From contig OY969801.1 in the NCBI GenBank assembly GCA_963703225.1, positions 1,120,001 through 1,184,000 on the forward strand: 64,000 bases of DNA, given 5' to 3'. This document shows, piece after piece, positions 17,800 to 27,299 of the stretch. Origin of the DNA: Candidatus Eiseniibacteriota bacterium (GTDB taxonomy: Bacteria > Eisenbacteria > RBG-16-71-46 > SZUA-252). The notes under the pieces are model-generated. The model had not been told where the DNA came from. It was given only the letters and a program-made list of their open reading frames with translations, and searched no databases. Each line of letters begins with the position of its first letter. Within the stretch, counting starts at the first letter, position 1. The position numbers and the translations under genes were made by a program.

Positions 17800-18639
17800 C
17801 TACTTCTTGAAGCTTGCGGCGAACCCCTCGATCGCCGCCGCGAGGGAATCGGGCTGGTCGATGGGGATGAGGTGGCCGGACTCCAAGATTCGGTGTCCCA
17901 CGGACGGCCCGGCCGTTTCGTAGCCGAGGCGCTTCCGTGCGCTGCTCCACGATTCGCCCGGGAACCACGTCGCGTCGGTGGCCACGACCAGCACGGGAGC
18001 CTTGAGTCCGCGGATCCGTGGCCTCAAGTCGGTGCCCCACGCGTCCCGGAAATACTCGCCCATGAGCGCGTGCGGCACCCGCTCGGCCTTGGCGAGCACC
18101 GAATCGACCTGGCTCGAGTCGCGCGTCATCGACCCGAAGACGCCGTGGATGAAGAGCGGGTATCGCTCCTTGATGATCTGCTCCAGATTGGTGATGCGGC
18201 CGGAATCGATGGTGGTGTAGGTCGCGAGGTCGATCGACACGACGCCAGCCGCCCGGTCGGCGTGGTCCACCGCTTCTTCCAATGCCACGAGTCCCCCGTA
18301 GGAATGGCCGACCAAGACAGCCCGTTTCACCTTCCGGGCCTTCAGCGTGCGGTCGAGCGCCTCCGCCACCGCGCCCACCGAGACGGGTGAAATTTCCGCG
18401 CTCGCTCCATGTCCTGGGAGATCGACCAGAACCAGGCGGTGGTGCCCGGACAGCTGGGGGGTGACCCGATCCCAGACGGTGTGATCCTGTCCCAGCCCGT
18501 GGATGAGAACCAGGGCCGGTTCTCCGTGGCCGATCTCATAGACGGCGAGATGGGGTGGATCTGGAAGCGCCGTGCTCGCGGAGAGCGCCGCGGCGAAGAG
18601 CGCCGCGGACAGCGCGGGTACGAATGGTTGAAGGCGCAT
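17800..18639 (-). CDS. Secreted alpha/beta hydrolase
   Basis: Signal peptide, LIHGLG, DLPGHG, GHSYGG nucleophile elbow, SGH. Confidence 0.85.
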   Translation of the reverse strand: MRLQPFVPALSAALFAAALSASTALPDPPHLAVYEIGHGEPALVLIHGLGQDHTVWDRVTPQLSGHHRLVLVDLPGHGASAEISPVSVGAVAEALDRTLKARKVKRAVLVGHSYGGLVALEEAVDHADRAAGVVSIDLATYTTIDSGRITNLEQIIKERYPLFIHGVFGSMTRDSSQVDSVLAKAERVPHALMGEYFRDAWGTDLRPRIRGLKAPVLVVATDATWFPGESWSSARKRLGYETAGPSVGHRILESGHLIPIDQPDSLAAAIEGFAASFKK

Positions 18640-18708
18640 GGATCTCATAGTACCAAGAACGGGCCTGGGGGTTCCGCGCGCCCGAGCCAAGGTCCGCGTG
18701 CGCCCGCA

Positions 18709-19485
18709 CTAAGACTTTCGTCGGTGGAGCGCGGGGACCGCTGCCTGATCGGTCGGCATGAGCAGGATCGATTGGACGTTCACGTGGGGCGGCCGCGTGA
18801 CGGCCCAGGCCACCGCGTCGGCCACGTCCTCCGCCCGGAGCGGATTCGTCCCCTGGTAGACGGCGGCGGCGCGCGCTCGATCTCCCTGGAACCGTACGAG
18901 GCTGAACTCGGTCTCCGCTAGCCCCGGCTCCACATTGGTCACCCGGACTCCCGTCCCGAGCACGTCGTAGCGGAGCGCGTCCGAAATCGCGCGGACGGCG
19001 AATTTGGTCGCGGCGTAGACGGCGCCCCCCGCGTAGACCTGATGGCCTGCCACCGAGCCGATGTTCACCACGTGTCCCCGGCCGCGTTGGACCATGCCCG
19101 GCAGGGCCGCCCGGGTGACGTAGAGAAGCCCCTTCACGTTCGTGTCGATCATCTGATCCCAATCGGCGGGATTCCCCGACTGGATGGGATCGAGCGCGAG
19201 GGCCAGGCCGGCGTTATTGACCAGGATGTCGAGGCGGGAGAGAAGTCCATTCGCCCGATCCAGCGCGCGCGTCGTGGAATCCAAGTCTCGGACGTCGAAC
19301 GATAGGGAGAGCACCTCCACGCGGTGCGTGGAGCGAATCTCGGCCGCGAGCGCCTGGAGCCGCTCCGCGCGGCGGCCGGTGATCGCCACGTGGCACCCCG
19401 CCGCCGCCAGCCGGAGCGCGATCGCCTTGCCAAACCCGCTCGTCGCTCCCGTCACCAGAGCCCAGAGTCCGCGAAGTTCCGTCAT
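18709..19485 (-). CDS. Short-chain dehydrogenase/reductase (YdfG-like)
   Basis: TGATSGFG, NNAGLA, YAATK, ETEFSLVRF. Confidence 0.9.
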   Translation of the reverse strand: MTELRGLWALVTGATSGFGKAIALRLAAAGCHVAITGRRAERLQALAAEIRSTHRVEVLSLSFDVRDLDSTTRALDRANGLLSRLDILVNNAGLALALDPIQSGNPADWDQMIDTNVKGLLYVTRAALPGMVQRGRGHVVNIGSVAGHQVYAGGAVYAATKFAVRAISDALRYDVLGTGVRVTNVEPGLAETEFSLVRFQGDRARAAAVYQGTNPLRAEDVADAVAWAVTRPPHVNVQSILLMPTDQAAVPALHRRKS

Positions 19486-19610
19486 CGATCTCTCCCACGC
19501 ATGGCGCCAGCGGATAGGGCGCCGAGAATACCATCGAAGCGGGTGGCGGGGCGCGCGTTCCTGACCTAGACTGCCGCCCAGGGAGGGAGCCCGCGATCGT
19601 CGACATTCTG

Positions 19611-21077
19611 GTGGTGGGTGGGGGGATCCACGGTGCGGCCGTCGCGCGCGATGCTTCGCTCCGCGGCCTCTCGGTGGCGCTCTTAGAGTCAGGCGACTTC
19701 GCCTCCGCCACGAGCAGCCGGACTTCGAAGCTGGTCCACGGCGGAATCCGATACCTCGAGACGGCGCAATTCGGTCTGGTGCGCGAGGCGCTCCGCGAGC
19801 GCGCCATCCTGCTCGAGACGGCCGCGCCGTTCGTCCGCCCGCTCCCTTTCCTGATCCCGCACTATCGGGGCGAGGGGCGTCCCGCCGCGTGGGTCGCGCT
19901 CGGCCTCGTTCTCTATTCCGCGTTCGCGCGGGGACATCGCCTCGCCGAGCACCGCCGCATGGGGCGCGCGGAGGCCCTCGCCCAAGAACCGGGCCTTCGA
20001 CAGGAGGGTCTCTTGGGAGCGACCCTCTACTGGGATGCGCAGATGGACGACGCGCTCCTCTGCGTGTCGATCGCGATCGACGCCGCGAGGGCAGGGGCCG
20101 AGGTGCGAAATTACACCCGCGTGGTCGCGCTCAGGCGGGAACAGGGCTCTTGGAAGGCGAGCTACATTGACGCGATCGGCGCCGAGGGAGAAGTCGCCGC
20201 GCGGTTCGTCGTGAACGCGTCCGGGCCCTGGGCCGACGACGTTCGGGGGATGGCGCTCGGCGCGGCACCTCCTTCATTGCGGCGGACTCGAGGGTCGCAC
20301 GTGGTCCTACCTTCCCTCACCGGGACGCACGCGCTGCTTCTGACCGCGCGGCGAGACGGCCGCGCGTTCTTCGTCATTCCCTGGGGACGGTTCTCGCTCA
20401 TCGGCACGACCGACGTCGACGACGACGTCCCGCCGTCCGAAGTGGCGCCCCCGGTGGAGGACATCCGCTATCTTCTCGAGGAAGGGGCGCGCGCCCTTCC
20501 GGCCGCGGGCGATGGCCGCCGCCCCGTGCGCGTCTTCGCCGGTCTCCGGGCGCTCGCGCGCGGCCGCGCGGGACAACCGTGGGCGAACACGCGTGAGCAT
20601 CGGCTGATCATCGAGGAGGGGATCGTCACGATCGTCGGGGGGAAGTACACGACGCACCGGAGCCTCGCGGAGCGGGTCGTCGATCTCGCGGCGCGGGGGC
20701 TGGGGCGGCCGACGGAGGGATGCCGCACGAAAACGACGCCCGTGGGCGGCGGGCGCGCGGACGCGATCGCCGCGCTCTCCGCGCGCCATCCGGGCGCGGC
20801 CGACCTCGGTGAGGGGCAGCGGATCACCGAGGCCGAGGTCGCGTACGCCGTCACGGTGGAAAAGGCGCGCCGGCTCGAGGACGTGCTTCTTCGCCGCACC
20901 CGCCTCTGGCTCGACGGCCGGGCGCTTCGGCGCGGGGCTCAACCGGCGGCCGAGTGGATGGCGCCGCTCCTCCAATGGAGCGACGAGCGGAGGCGATCGG
21001 AAGTCGACACGCTCCTGCGCGGGCTGGATCTGGAAGATCGGCGGATCGAGGAGGGACGCGATGGGCGGAACGGCTGA
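19611..21077 (+). CDS. glpD: FAD-dependent glycerol-3-phosphate dehydrogenase (start approximate)
   Basis: GGGIHG, TSSRTSKLVHGGIRYLE, GTTD, GGKYTT, RRTRL; adjacent to glpK. Confidence 0.9.
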   Translation: MVGGGIHGAAVARDASLRGLSVALLESGDFASATSSRTSKLVHGGIRYLETAQFGLVREALRERAILLETAAPFVRPLPFLIPHYRGEGRPAAWVALGLVLYSAFARGHRLAEHRRMGRAEALAQEPGLRQEGLLGATLYWDAQMDDALLCVSIAIDAARAGAEVRNYTRVVALRREQGSWKASYIDAIGAEGEVAARFVVNASGPWADDVRGMALGAAPPSLRRTRGSHVVLPSLTGTHALLLTARRDGRAFFVIPWGRFSLIGTTDVDDDVPPSEVAPPVEDIRYLLEEGARALPAAGDGRRPVRVFAGLRALARGRAGQPWANTREHRLIIEEGIVTIVGGKYTTHRSLAERVVDLAARGLGRPTEGCRTKTTPVGGGRADAIAALSARHPGAADLGEGQRITEAEVAYAVTVEKARRLEDVLLRRTRLWLDGRALRRGAQPAAEWMAPLLQWSDERRRSEVDTLLRGLDLEDRRIEEGRDGRNG

Positions 21078-22593
21078 AGCGCGGGTGCTCGCGATCGACC
21101 AGGGAACGACCGGGACGACGGCCCTCCTCCTCGACGAGACGGGCCGCCTCCTGGCCCGCGGGTACGCCGAGCTGCCCCAGCATTTTCCCAGGCCGGGCTG
21201 GGTGGAGCATCGCGGCGAGGAGATCTGGGAGACGACGCTCCGGGCGATCCGAGACGCGCGGGAGCGCGATCCGGTGCCGGGGAGCGCCATCGCGGCGATC
21301 GGGATCACCAATCAGAGGGAGACCACGCTCGTCTGGGACCGTTCCACGTCGAGCCCGGTGGCCCCGGCGATCGTCTGGCAGGACCGCCGCACCGCTTCGC
21401 GCTGCGAGGCTCTGCGGAGGGCCGGGCACGAACGCGCCATCTCCCGGCGTACGGGGCTGCGCCTCGATCCCTATTTTTCCGCGACGAAGGTGGAGTGGAT
21501 CCTCGACCACACGCCCGGCGCGCGCGCCCGCGCTCGTTCGGGTGCCCTCGCGTTCGGCACGGTGGACACCTGGCTCCTCTGGAAGCTGACGGCCGGAAGG
21601 GTTCACGCGACCGACCCCAGCAACGCGAGCCGAACGCTGCTCTACGACATCCGTCGGCTCCGTTGGGATGACGGGCTGGCCGCGACCTTCCGCGTTCCAG
21701 CAGCGGTGCTCCCCGAAGTGCGTCCGTCCGCGGGGGATTTTGGGCTGACCCGCGCGGTCCCCGGCCTCCCCGACCAGATCCCGATACGCGGGATCGCGGG
21801 GGACCAGCAGTCGGCGCTCTTCGGCCAGGGCTGCGTCTCGGCCGGCGGGCTCAAGAACACGTATGGAACGGGCTGCTTTCTCATGCTCCACACCGGCAAG
21901 ACGCCGATCCCCTCCCGCTCGGGGCTTCTCACTACCGTCGCGTGCGGCCCGCGTGGGGAAGCGGCCTACGCGCTCGAAGGGAGCGTCTTCATCGCCGGCG
22001 CGGCGATCCAGTGGCTGCGGGACGGCCTCCAGATCATCGCGTCCTCGGAGGAATCCGAGCCGCTCGCGCGCTCCGTTCCCGATTCGGGAGGCACCCATCT
22101 CGTGCCGGCGTTCGCCGGATTGGGCGCGCCCTACTGGCGGCCCGAGGCGCGCGGGATCTGGTGCGGGCTCACCCGGGGAACCACGCGGGCCCATCTGGCG
22201 CGGGCCGCGCTCGAATCGATCGCGTTCCAGACGATGGACGTGGTCGACGCGATGAATTCGGAGGCGGGGGTCCGGATCCGACGCCTCCGCGTCGACGGTG
22301 GCGCTTCCCGGAACGACTTCTTGATGCAGTTTCAGGCCGACGTCCTCGGAATCCCGATCGAGAGGCCGGCGATCGTGGAGACCACCGCGCTCGGCGCCGC
22401 GTATCTCGCCGGAATTGGAGCGAGGCTGTGGGGAGCGCGGAGCGCGATCCCCGGCGGGGCGGTCGACAAGGTGTTCGCTCCCCAGATCACGCGGGCGCGC
22501 CGGCAACGCGAAATCGACGGATGGAGGGCGGCGGTCTCGCTACTGTTGGTGCCTCGGTCTAGCCCTCGAGCCAGTCGATCATCGAAGCGATGA
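21061..22593 (+). CDS. glpK: Glycerol kinase
   Basis: AIDQGTT, ITNQRET, WQDRRT, DPYFSATK, GDQQSALFG, KNTYGTGCF, DGGA. Confidence 0.95.
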   Translation: MGGTAEARVLAIDQGTTGTTALLLDETGRLLARGYAELPQHFPRPGWVEHRGEEIWETTLRAIRDARERDPVPGSAIAAIGITNQRETTLVWDRSTSSPVAPAIVWQDRRTASRCEALRRAGHERAISRRTGLRLDPYFSATKVEWILDHTPGARARARSGALAFGTVDTWLLWKLTAGRVHATDPSNASRTLLYDIRRLRWDDGLAATFRVPAAVLPEVRPSAGDFGLTRAVPGLPDQIPIRGIAGDQQSALFGQGCVSAGGLKNTYGTGCFLMLHTGKTPIPSRSGLLTTVACGPRGEAAYALEGSVFIAGAAIQWLRDGLQIIASSEESEPLARSVPDSGGTHLVPAFAGLGAPYWRPEARGIWCGLTRGTTRAHLARAALESIAFQTMDVVDAMNSEAGVRIRRLRVDGGASRNDFLMQFQADVLGIPIERPAIVETTALGAAYLAGIGARLWGARSAIPGGAVDKVFAPQITRARRQREIDGWRAAVSLLLVPRSSPRASRSSKR

Positions 22594-23392
22594 TCTCCGC
22601 GCGGCCCACCTCGTTCAGGACCTCGTGGAGAAGCCCCGGGTAGAGCCGGAGGGTCACCCGACTGGCGGGCGCCGCTTTGGCCCAGCTGGCGCTGCCGAGC
22701 GCGTCGGCGATCGGGTCGTCCTCGCCATGGAGGAGCAGCGTCGGCGTCCGGAGCTCTCCGGCGCGTCTCTGGAGCGACGCGCGCATCGCCTGAAACTCGA
22801 GAAAGAGGCGCGCGGAAATCTTGTAGTGAACCAGCGGATCGGACGCGTGCTCGCGGACGACCTCCTGATCGTGCGAGAGCATCGACGGCAGGATCATGTT
22901 CCCCTGTGAAAAGCCGGGCCAGACGCGGACCAAGAGCTGCGCGGCCCTCACCTTGATCAGGTTCGGGCGGATCGCGAGCGCGAACGGGGGCGCGCAGAGG
23001 ATGAGCCGGTCCACCCGCTCCGGATTTCTCAAGGCCCAATCGAGCGCGACAAAGGCGCCCATGCTCTGCCCGAGCAGCGACCACCGGCGGACCGGATTCT
23101 CGGCCCGGGCCCGGTCCATCCAGGCGGTCACCGCCGAGCGGTAGTCATCCCAGGAGCGGACGTGCCCCCGTTCGCCGTAGGACTTTCCATGGCCGGGCAG
23201 GTCGAGGGCCTGGGCCATGAATCCGCGCGCCACGAACGCGGCGCCGACATGTCTGTAGCGCCCTGCGTGGTCCCCCAGCCCGGGGACCATTCCGACTCCC
23301 CGGGTAGCGCCCCGATCGCCCCGCTCCCAGCCGACCAGCGTCCCCCGCCCCGGTACATCGATCCGAAACTCCGTGCTCGCGGCAGCCGCCAT
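22559..23392 (-). CDS. Monoacylglycerol lipase/lysophospholipase-type alpha/beta hydrolase
   Basis: GLGDHAGRY, DLPGHGKS, GQSMG, HGEDD, HEVLNE. Confidence 0.85.
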   Translation of the reverse strand: MAAAASTEFRIDVPGRGTLVGWERGDRGATRGVGMVPGLGDHAGRYRHVGAAFVARGFMAQALDLPGHGKSYGERGHVRSWDDYRSAVTAWMDRARAENPVRRWSLLGQSMGAFVALDWALRNPERVDRLILCAPPFALAIRPNLIKVRAAQLLVRVWPGFSQGNMILPSMLSHDQEVVREHASDPLVHYKISARLFLEFQAMRASLQRRAGELRTPTLLLHGEDDPIADALGSASWAKAAPASRVTLRLYPGLLHEVLNEVGRAEIIASMIDWLEG

Positions 23393-23456
23393 CGTTCTCC
23401 CCCCGCAGGCCGTTTGGTCGCATCCCCGGATCGGATCCGGCATCCTAACCTTTTGC

Positions 23457-24482
23457 ATGATATCGCATGAGCTTGCAGCGACGGATGCCCTTCCGGAGGG
23501 ACCTGGCGAAGAGTCCGGGGTCCTCCTCGACGCCTACTCGCGCGCGGTCATGGGCGCGGTGGAAGCCGCGGCCCCGTCCGTCGTCGCCATCGATGTGGAG
23601 CAGATGGTGTCGAGGGGACGCGGGGCGGAGGGGGTGCCGTCTCGGCGGCAGGGCGGTTCGGGCTCCGGCTTCGTCTTCACCCCCGACGGATTCATCTTCA
23701 CGAACAGCCACGTGGTCCACGGCGCTTCCAAGATCGGCGTGACCCTGGCGGACGGCCAGCACCACATCGCCGACCTCGTCGGCGACGACCCAGAGACCGA
23801 CCTCGCGGTGCTTCGAATTTCCGCTCCGAGCCTCGTGCCGGCCCGGCTCGGGGATTCCCAGGAAGTCGGCGTGGGCCAGCTGGTCCTCGCGATCGGAAAC
23901 CCGTACGGCTTCCAGGCGACGGTCACGGCAGGAGTCGTCAGCGCGCTCGGGCGCTCGCTTCGGTCCCGCTCGGGGCGACTCATCGACAACGTGATCCAGA
24001 CCGACGCGGCCCTCAATCCGGGCAATTCCGGAGGCCCTCTTGTAACTACACAGGGCGCCGTAATCGGGGTAAACTCCGCGGTGATCTTGCCCGCGCAAGG
24101 GATCTGCTTCGCCATCGCGATCAATACCGCCAAGCTCGTTGCGGGACAATTGATTCGAGAAGGCCGGGTCCGCCGGAGCGCCATCGGGATCGCCGGACAG
24201 AGCATTCCGCTCGCCCGGAAGGTGGCGCGGTTCCACCGCCTCGCCGCGGAGAGCGGCGTGCGTGTGGAAGCGCTGGAATCAGGCGGGCCCGCGGAACGCG
24301 CGGGTCTGAAAACCGGTGACGTGATCGTAGCGTTTGGCGACGCGCCCATCCGGGGCATCGACGACCTGCAAGCGCGGCTCACGGACCGCGAGGTCGGCGT
24401 CCGATCTTCGATCGCGGTGCTCCGGGGAGTCGAACGGCTCGACCTGGAAATCGTACCCGGAGAATCCAAGACCATTCGCTGA
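23457..24482 (+). CDS. HtrA-like trypsin serine protease with PDZ domain
   Basis: GSGSG, TNSHVV, DLAVL, TDAALNPGNSGGPL, C-terminal PDZ; no obvious signal peptide. Confidence 0.9.
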   Translation: MISHELAATDALPEGPGEESGVLLDAYSRAVMGAVEAAAPSVVAIDVEQMVSRGRGAEGVPSRRQGGSGSGFVFTPDGFIFTNSHVVHGASKIGVTLADGQHHIADLVGDDPETDLAVLRISAPSLVPARLGDSQEVGVGQLVLAIGNPYGFQATVTAGVVSALGRSLRSRSGRLIDNVIQTDAALNPGNSGGPLVTTQGAVIGVNSAVILPAQGICFAIAINTAKLVAGQLIREGRVRRSAIGIAGQSIPLARKVARFHRLAAESGVRVEALESGGPAERAGLKTGDVIVAFGDAPIRGIDDLQARLTDREVGVRSSIAVLRGVERLDLEIVPGESKTIR

Positions 24483-24525
24483 TCCCCCGCTAGGCCGATC
24501 GCGACGCGGGGAACAGGGGGGAATC

Positions 24526-26118
24526 GTGTCGTCTGTTCCCGGTGCGAAAGTGTTTTTCGTTCTCAGCGCGCTCGCTATCCTGGTTGCGGCGAATCCCGCG
24601 GGCGCGCAGCCAGCCGCCCTTACGGCGCCGAGCAATCCCGACAGCGCGCTCTCGGTGGCGCTCGACGCGATTGAAGGGTCTCCGATCACCCTGAACGAGG
24701 CGATTCAGGCCGCGTTGAATGGGGGATCGACCGTGGCCCAGAGCGCCGCGGCCGCGTTCGCCGCGGCCCAAGGCACCCACCGCCGCGAGGTGGGCGCGTT
24801 CGACCCCGAGCTCTTTTTCACGGGCACCAAGTTGAAGGAAGATCAACCGACCGCCTCTCCGTTCGCCGGCGCCAACCCGCTCCAGACCGAGACCACGGTC
24901 GGCATCGGGGGAGCGCGAATTTTGCTTCCGTTCGGCACCGACATTTCAGCGACCCTCAATGGCTCGCGGTTCGAGACCAACTCGGCCTTCGCCACGGTGA
25001 ATCCGCAGTACGACGCGAACGGACGGATCGCGGTTCGCCAGCCATTGTTGAAGGGGCTGGGTCCCGGAACCGGGAGCGAGGCGAAGGCGACCAAACGAGA
25101 GTCCGAAGCCGCCAAGGCGCGCTACGACGACGTGGTCCTCGGCGTGCAGGCGATCGTGGAGCAGACCTATTGGGATCTCTACGCCGCCGAGCGGGATCTC
25201 GCCGTGATCCGGCTGATCCGCGATCAGGCGACGGCGCTCACGACGCAGGCGGAGCTTCGGGCGCGCTCGGGCCTGGTCGGCCCCAACGACGTCGCCAACG
25301 CGCGGGTCTTCCTCGCCGAGCAGGAGCAGTCGGTGCTCGACCGGGAAGAGGACCTCGACAAGATCTCCGACCGTCTCGCCAGCTTGATCGGCCGCCGGCC
25401 GCCGGGCGGCGCTCCGCGCTACCGTCCGACCGACGATCCGCCTGCCCAGTTTCCGATCGAGCCCGAGGACTCCGTGGTCGCCCGCGCGCTCCGCGACAAC
25501 CGCGCGATCCACGCGAGGGAGCGGGATCTGGCCGCGGCGCGCGCCCGCGTCCAAGGCGCGGCCTGGAATCGGCTCCCCCAGCTCGACTTCATTGGCACGC
25601 TCGGTGGGCGGGGGCTCTCGGGGACCGACACGATCCCGACGAACACCGACGGGAACTTCAGCGACGCGGCGTCCCAGGTCACCGGTCGCGATTTTCCGAC
25701 CTGGAGCGCCGGACTTCAGGTCTCGATCCCGATCTTCCTCCGCGAGGGGAGGGGCGAGTACGATCGTCTCCGCGGAGAGGCGGACCAGGCGGAGCAAGAT
25801 CTGGCGACGGCCCGCCTCGCGCTGGCGGACGACGTGCGGTCGGCCTACCGGGCGTTGGTCCGCGCGAGCAAGCGCTTCGAGGCCGCCCAAAACGGGGCCG
25901 ACGCGTCGCGCGACCAGGTGCGGATCGGCGTGCTCCAGTACAACAGCGGAAGGACCACCGCGTTCGAGCTGGTGCGCCTGGGGGCCGACCTGGCCACCGC
26001 CCAGCAGAGGTATTCGCAGGCTCTCGTCCGCACGGCCAAGGCCGAGTCGGCGCTGCGATTCCTCACATCGAGCGGCTACGCCGCCAGCACAACCAACGGA
26101 GGGGGCACCAAGCCATGA
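24526..26118 (+). CDS. TolC-family outer-membrane efflux protein
   Basis: Signal peptide after GTG 24526, OEP-type repeats (QPLLKG, LPQLDF, SIPIF); first gene of an RND operon. Confidence 0.85.
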   Translation: MSSVPGAKVFFVLSALAILVAANPAGAQPAALTAPSNPDSALSVALDAIEGSPITLNEAIQAALNGGSTVAQSAAAAFAAAQGTHRREVGAFDPELFFTGTKLKEDQPTASPFAGANPLQTETTVGIGGARILLPFGTDISATLNGSRFETNSAFATVNPQYDANGRIAVRQPLLKGLGPGTGSEAKATKRESEAAKARYDDVVLGVQAIVEQTYWDLYAAERDLAVIRLIRDQATALTTQAELRARSGLVGPNDVANARVFLAEQEQSVLDREEDLDKISDRLASLIGRRPPGGAPRYRPTDDPPAQFPIEPEDSVVARALRDNRAIHARERDLAAARARVQGAAWNRLPQLDFIGTLGGRGLSGTDTIPTNTDGNFSDAASQVTGRDFPTWSAGLQVSIPIFLREGRGEYDRLRGEADQAEQDLATARLALADDVRSAYRALVRASKRFEAAQNGADASRDQVRIGVLQYNSGRTTAFELVRLGADLATAQQRYSQALVRTAKAESALRFLTSSGYAASTTNGGGTKP

Positions 26119-27299
26119 CCTCGTTCCTACCGCGGGCGGGCGCGATGCGCCCCACCCTCGCCGCTCTCTTCGCTCTCACCGTCGCGGGGTGCGCCGGGAA
26201 AGGGCCGGGAGGGTTTTCCATGCCTCCGATGCCGGTCGAGACGTCGGTCGTCTCCCGGGAAAGAGTCTTCGATCGGTTTGACGCGGTGGGCAGCGTCGAG
26301 GCCGCGGATGCGATCACGGTCGTCTCCGAGATCGACGCCGCTGTCGTGAGCCTGCCGTTCCGCGAGGGGCAGCCGGTGGCCAAGGGGACGGTGCTCGCGC
26401 AGCTCGACGACGCGATGCTCAGAGCCGAGGTCGACCGCACGTCGGCGATCCGGGACCAGGCGCAGTCCACCTACGACCGGGTCAAGACGGTCGTGGAGGA
26501 GAAGGCCGGCTCGGCGCAGGATCTCGACGACGCGGCCGCGGCGCTCAAGGTGGCCGAGGCCAATCTCGCGTTGGCCCAGACCCACCTCTCCAAGTCCCGG
26601 ATCGTGGCGGCCTTTGACGGGATGGTCGGCTCGAAGCGGGTGAGCCCCGGCGCTTACTTGAGGACCGGTGACGTCATCACCGAGCTGACACGCATCTCGG
26701 AGCTCAAGATCACATTCTCGGCGCCGGAGCGGTATCTCTCCAAGCTCCACCCCGGCGCGAAGGTCACGGTCTCCACGACCGCCTATCCCGGCTACACGCT
26801 CGAGGGAAGAATCGACGTCATCGATCCAGCGCTCGATCCCGCGACCCGAAGCGCTCAGGTCATCGCGCGAGTGCCCAACCCCGGCGGCAAGTTCCGCCCC
26901 GGCATGTCGGCGGACATCTCCGCGGTCCTGAGCGAGAGGATGAACGCGCTGACGGTCCCCAACGAAGCGGTCTTCGCGGAGGGCAACCAGACCTTCGTCT
27001 ACGTGGTGGGGGCCGATAGCACGGTGTCGCGCACCGCGGTCACGCTGGGCACGAGGCTTTCGGACGTGGTCGAGGTCGTGCAGGGCCTGGAACCGGGCGA
27101 CCGCATCGTTCGGGCCGGGCATCAGAAGCTGTTCGATAAGGCGAAGGTGTTCCCGACCGAGTCGGGCGGCGGGGCCGGCGCGGCCGCCGGCGGCGCCGCG
27201 GCGGCGGGCGCAGGCGCTTCGGCGGGAGCCGAGAAGAAGGGCGCGCCGAGCCCGGAGAAGAAAGCGGCGTCGGGAAGCGAGAAGAAGGACGCCCCATGA
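26115..27299 (+). CDS. RND efflux periplasmic adaptor (MFP), lipoprotein
   Basis: VAG|C lipobox, EGQPVAKG, AAFDG, FRPGM; ATGA overlaps on both sides. Confidence 0.9.
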   Translation: MTSFLPRAGAMRPTLAALFALTVAGCAGKGPGGFSMPPMPVETSVVSRERVFDRFDAVGSVEAADAITVVSEIDAAVVSLPFREGQPVAKGTVLAQLDDAMLRAEVDRTSAIRDQAQSTYDRVKTVVEEKAGSAQDLDDAAAALKVAEANLALAQTHLSKSRIVAAFDGMVGSKRVSPGAYLRTGDVITELTRISELKITFSAPERYLSKLHPGAKVTVSTTAYPGYTLEGRIDVIDPALDPATRSAQVIARVPNPGGKFRPGMSADISAVLSERMNALTVPNEAVFAEGNQTFVYVVGADSTVSRTAVTLGTRLSDVVEVVQGLEPGDRIVRAGHQKLFDKAKVFPTESGGGAGAAAGGAAAAGAGASAGAEKKGAPSPEKKAASGSEKKDAP

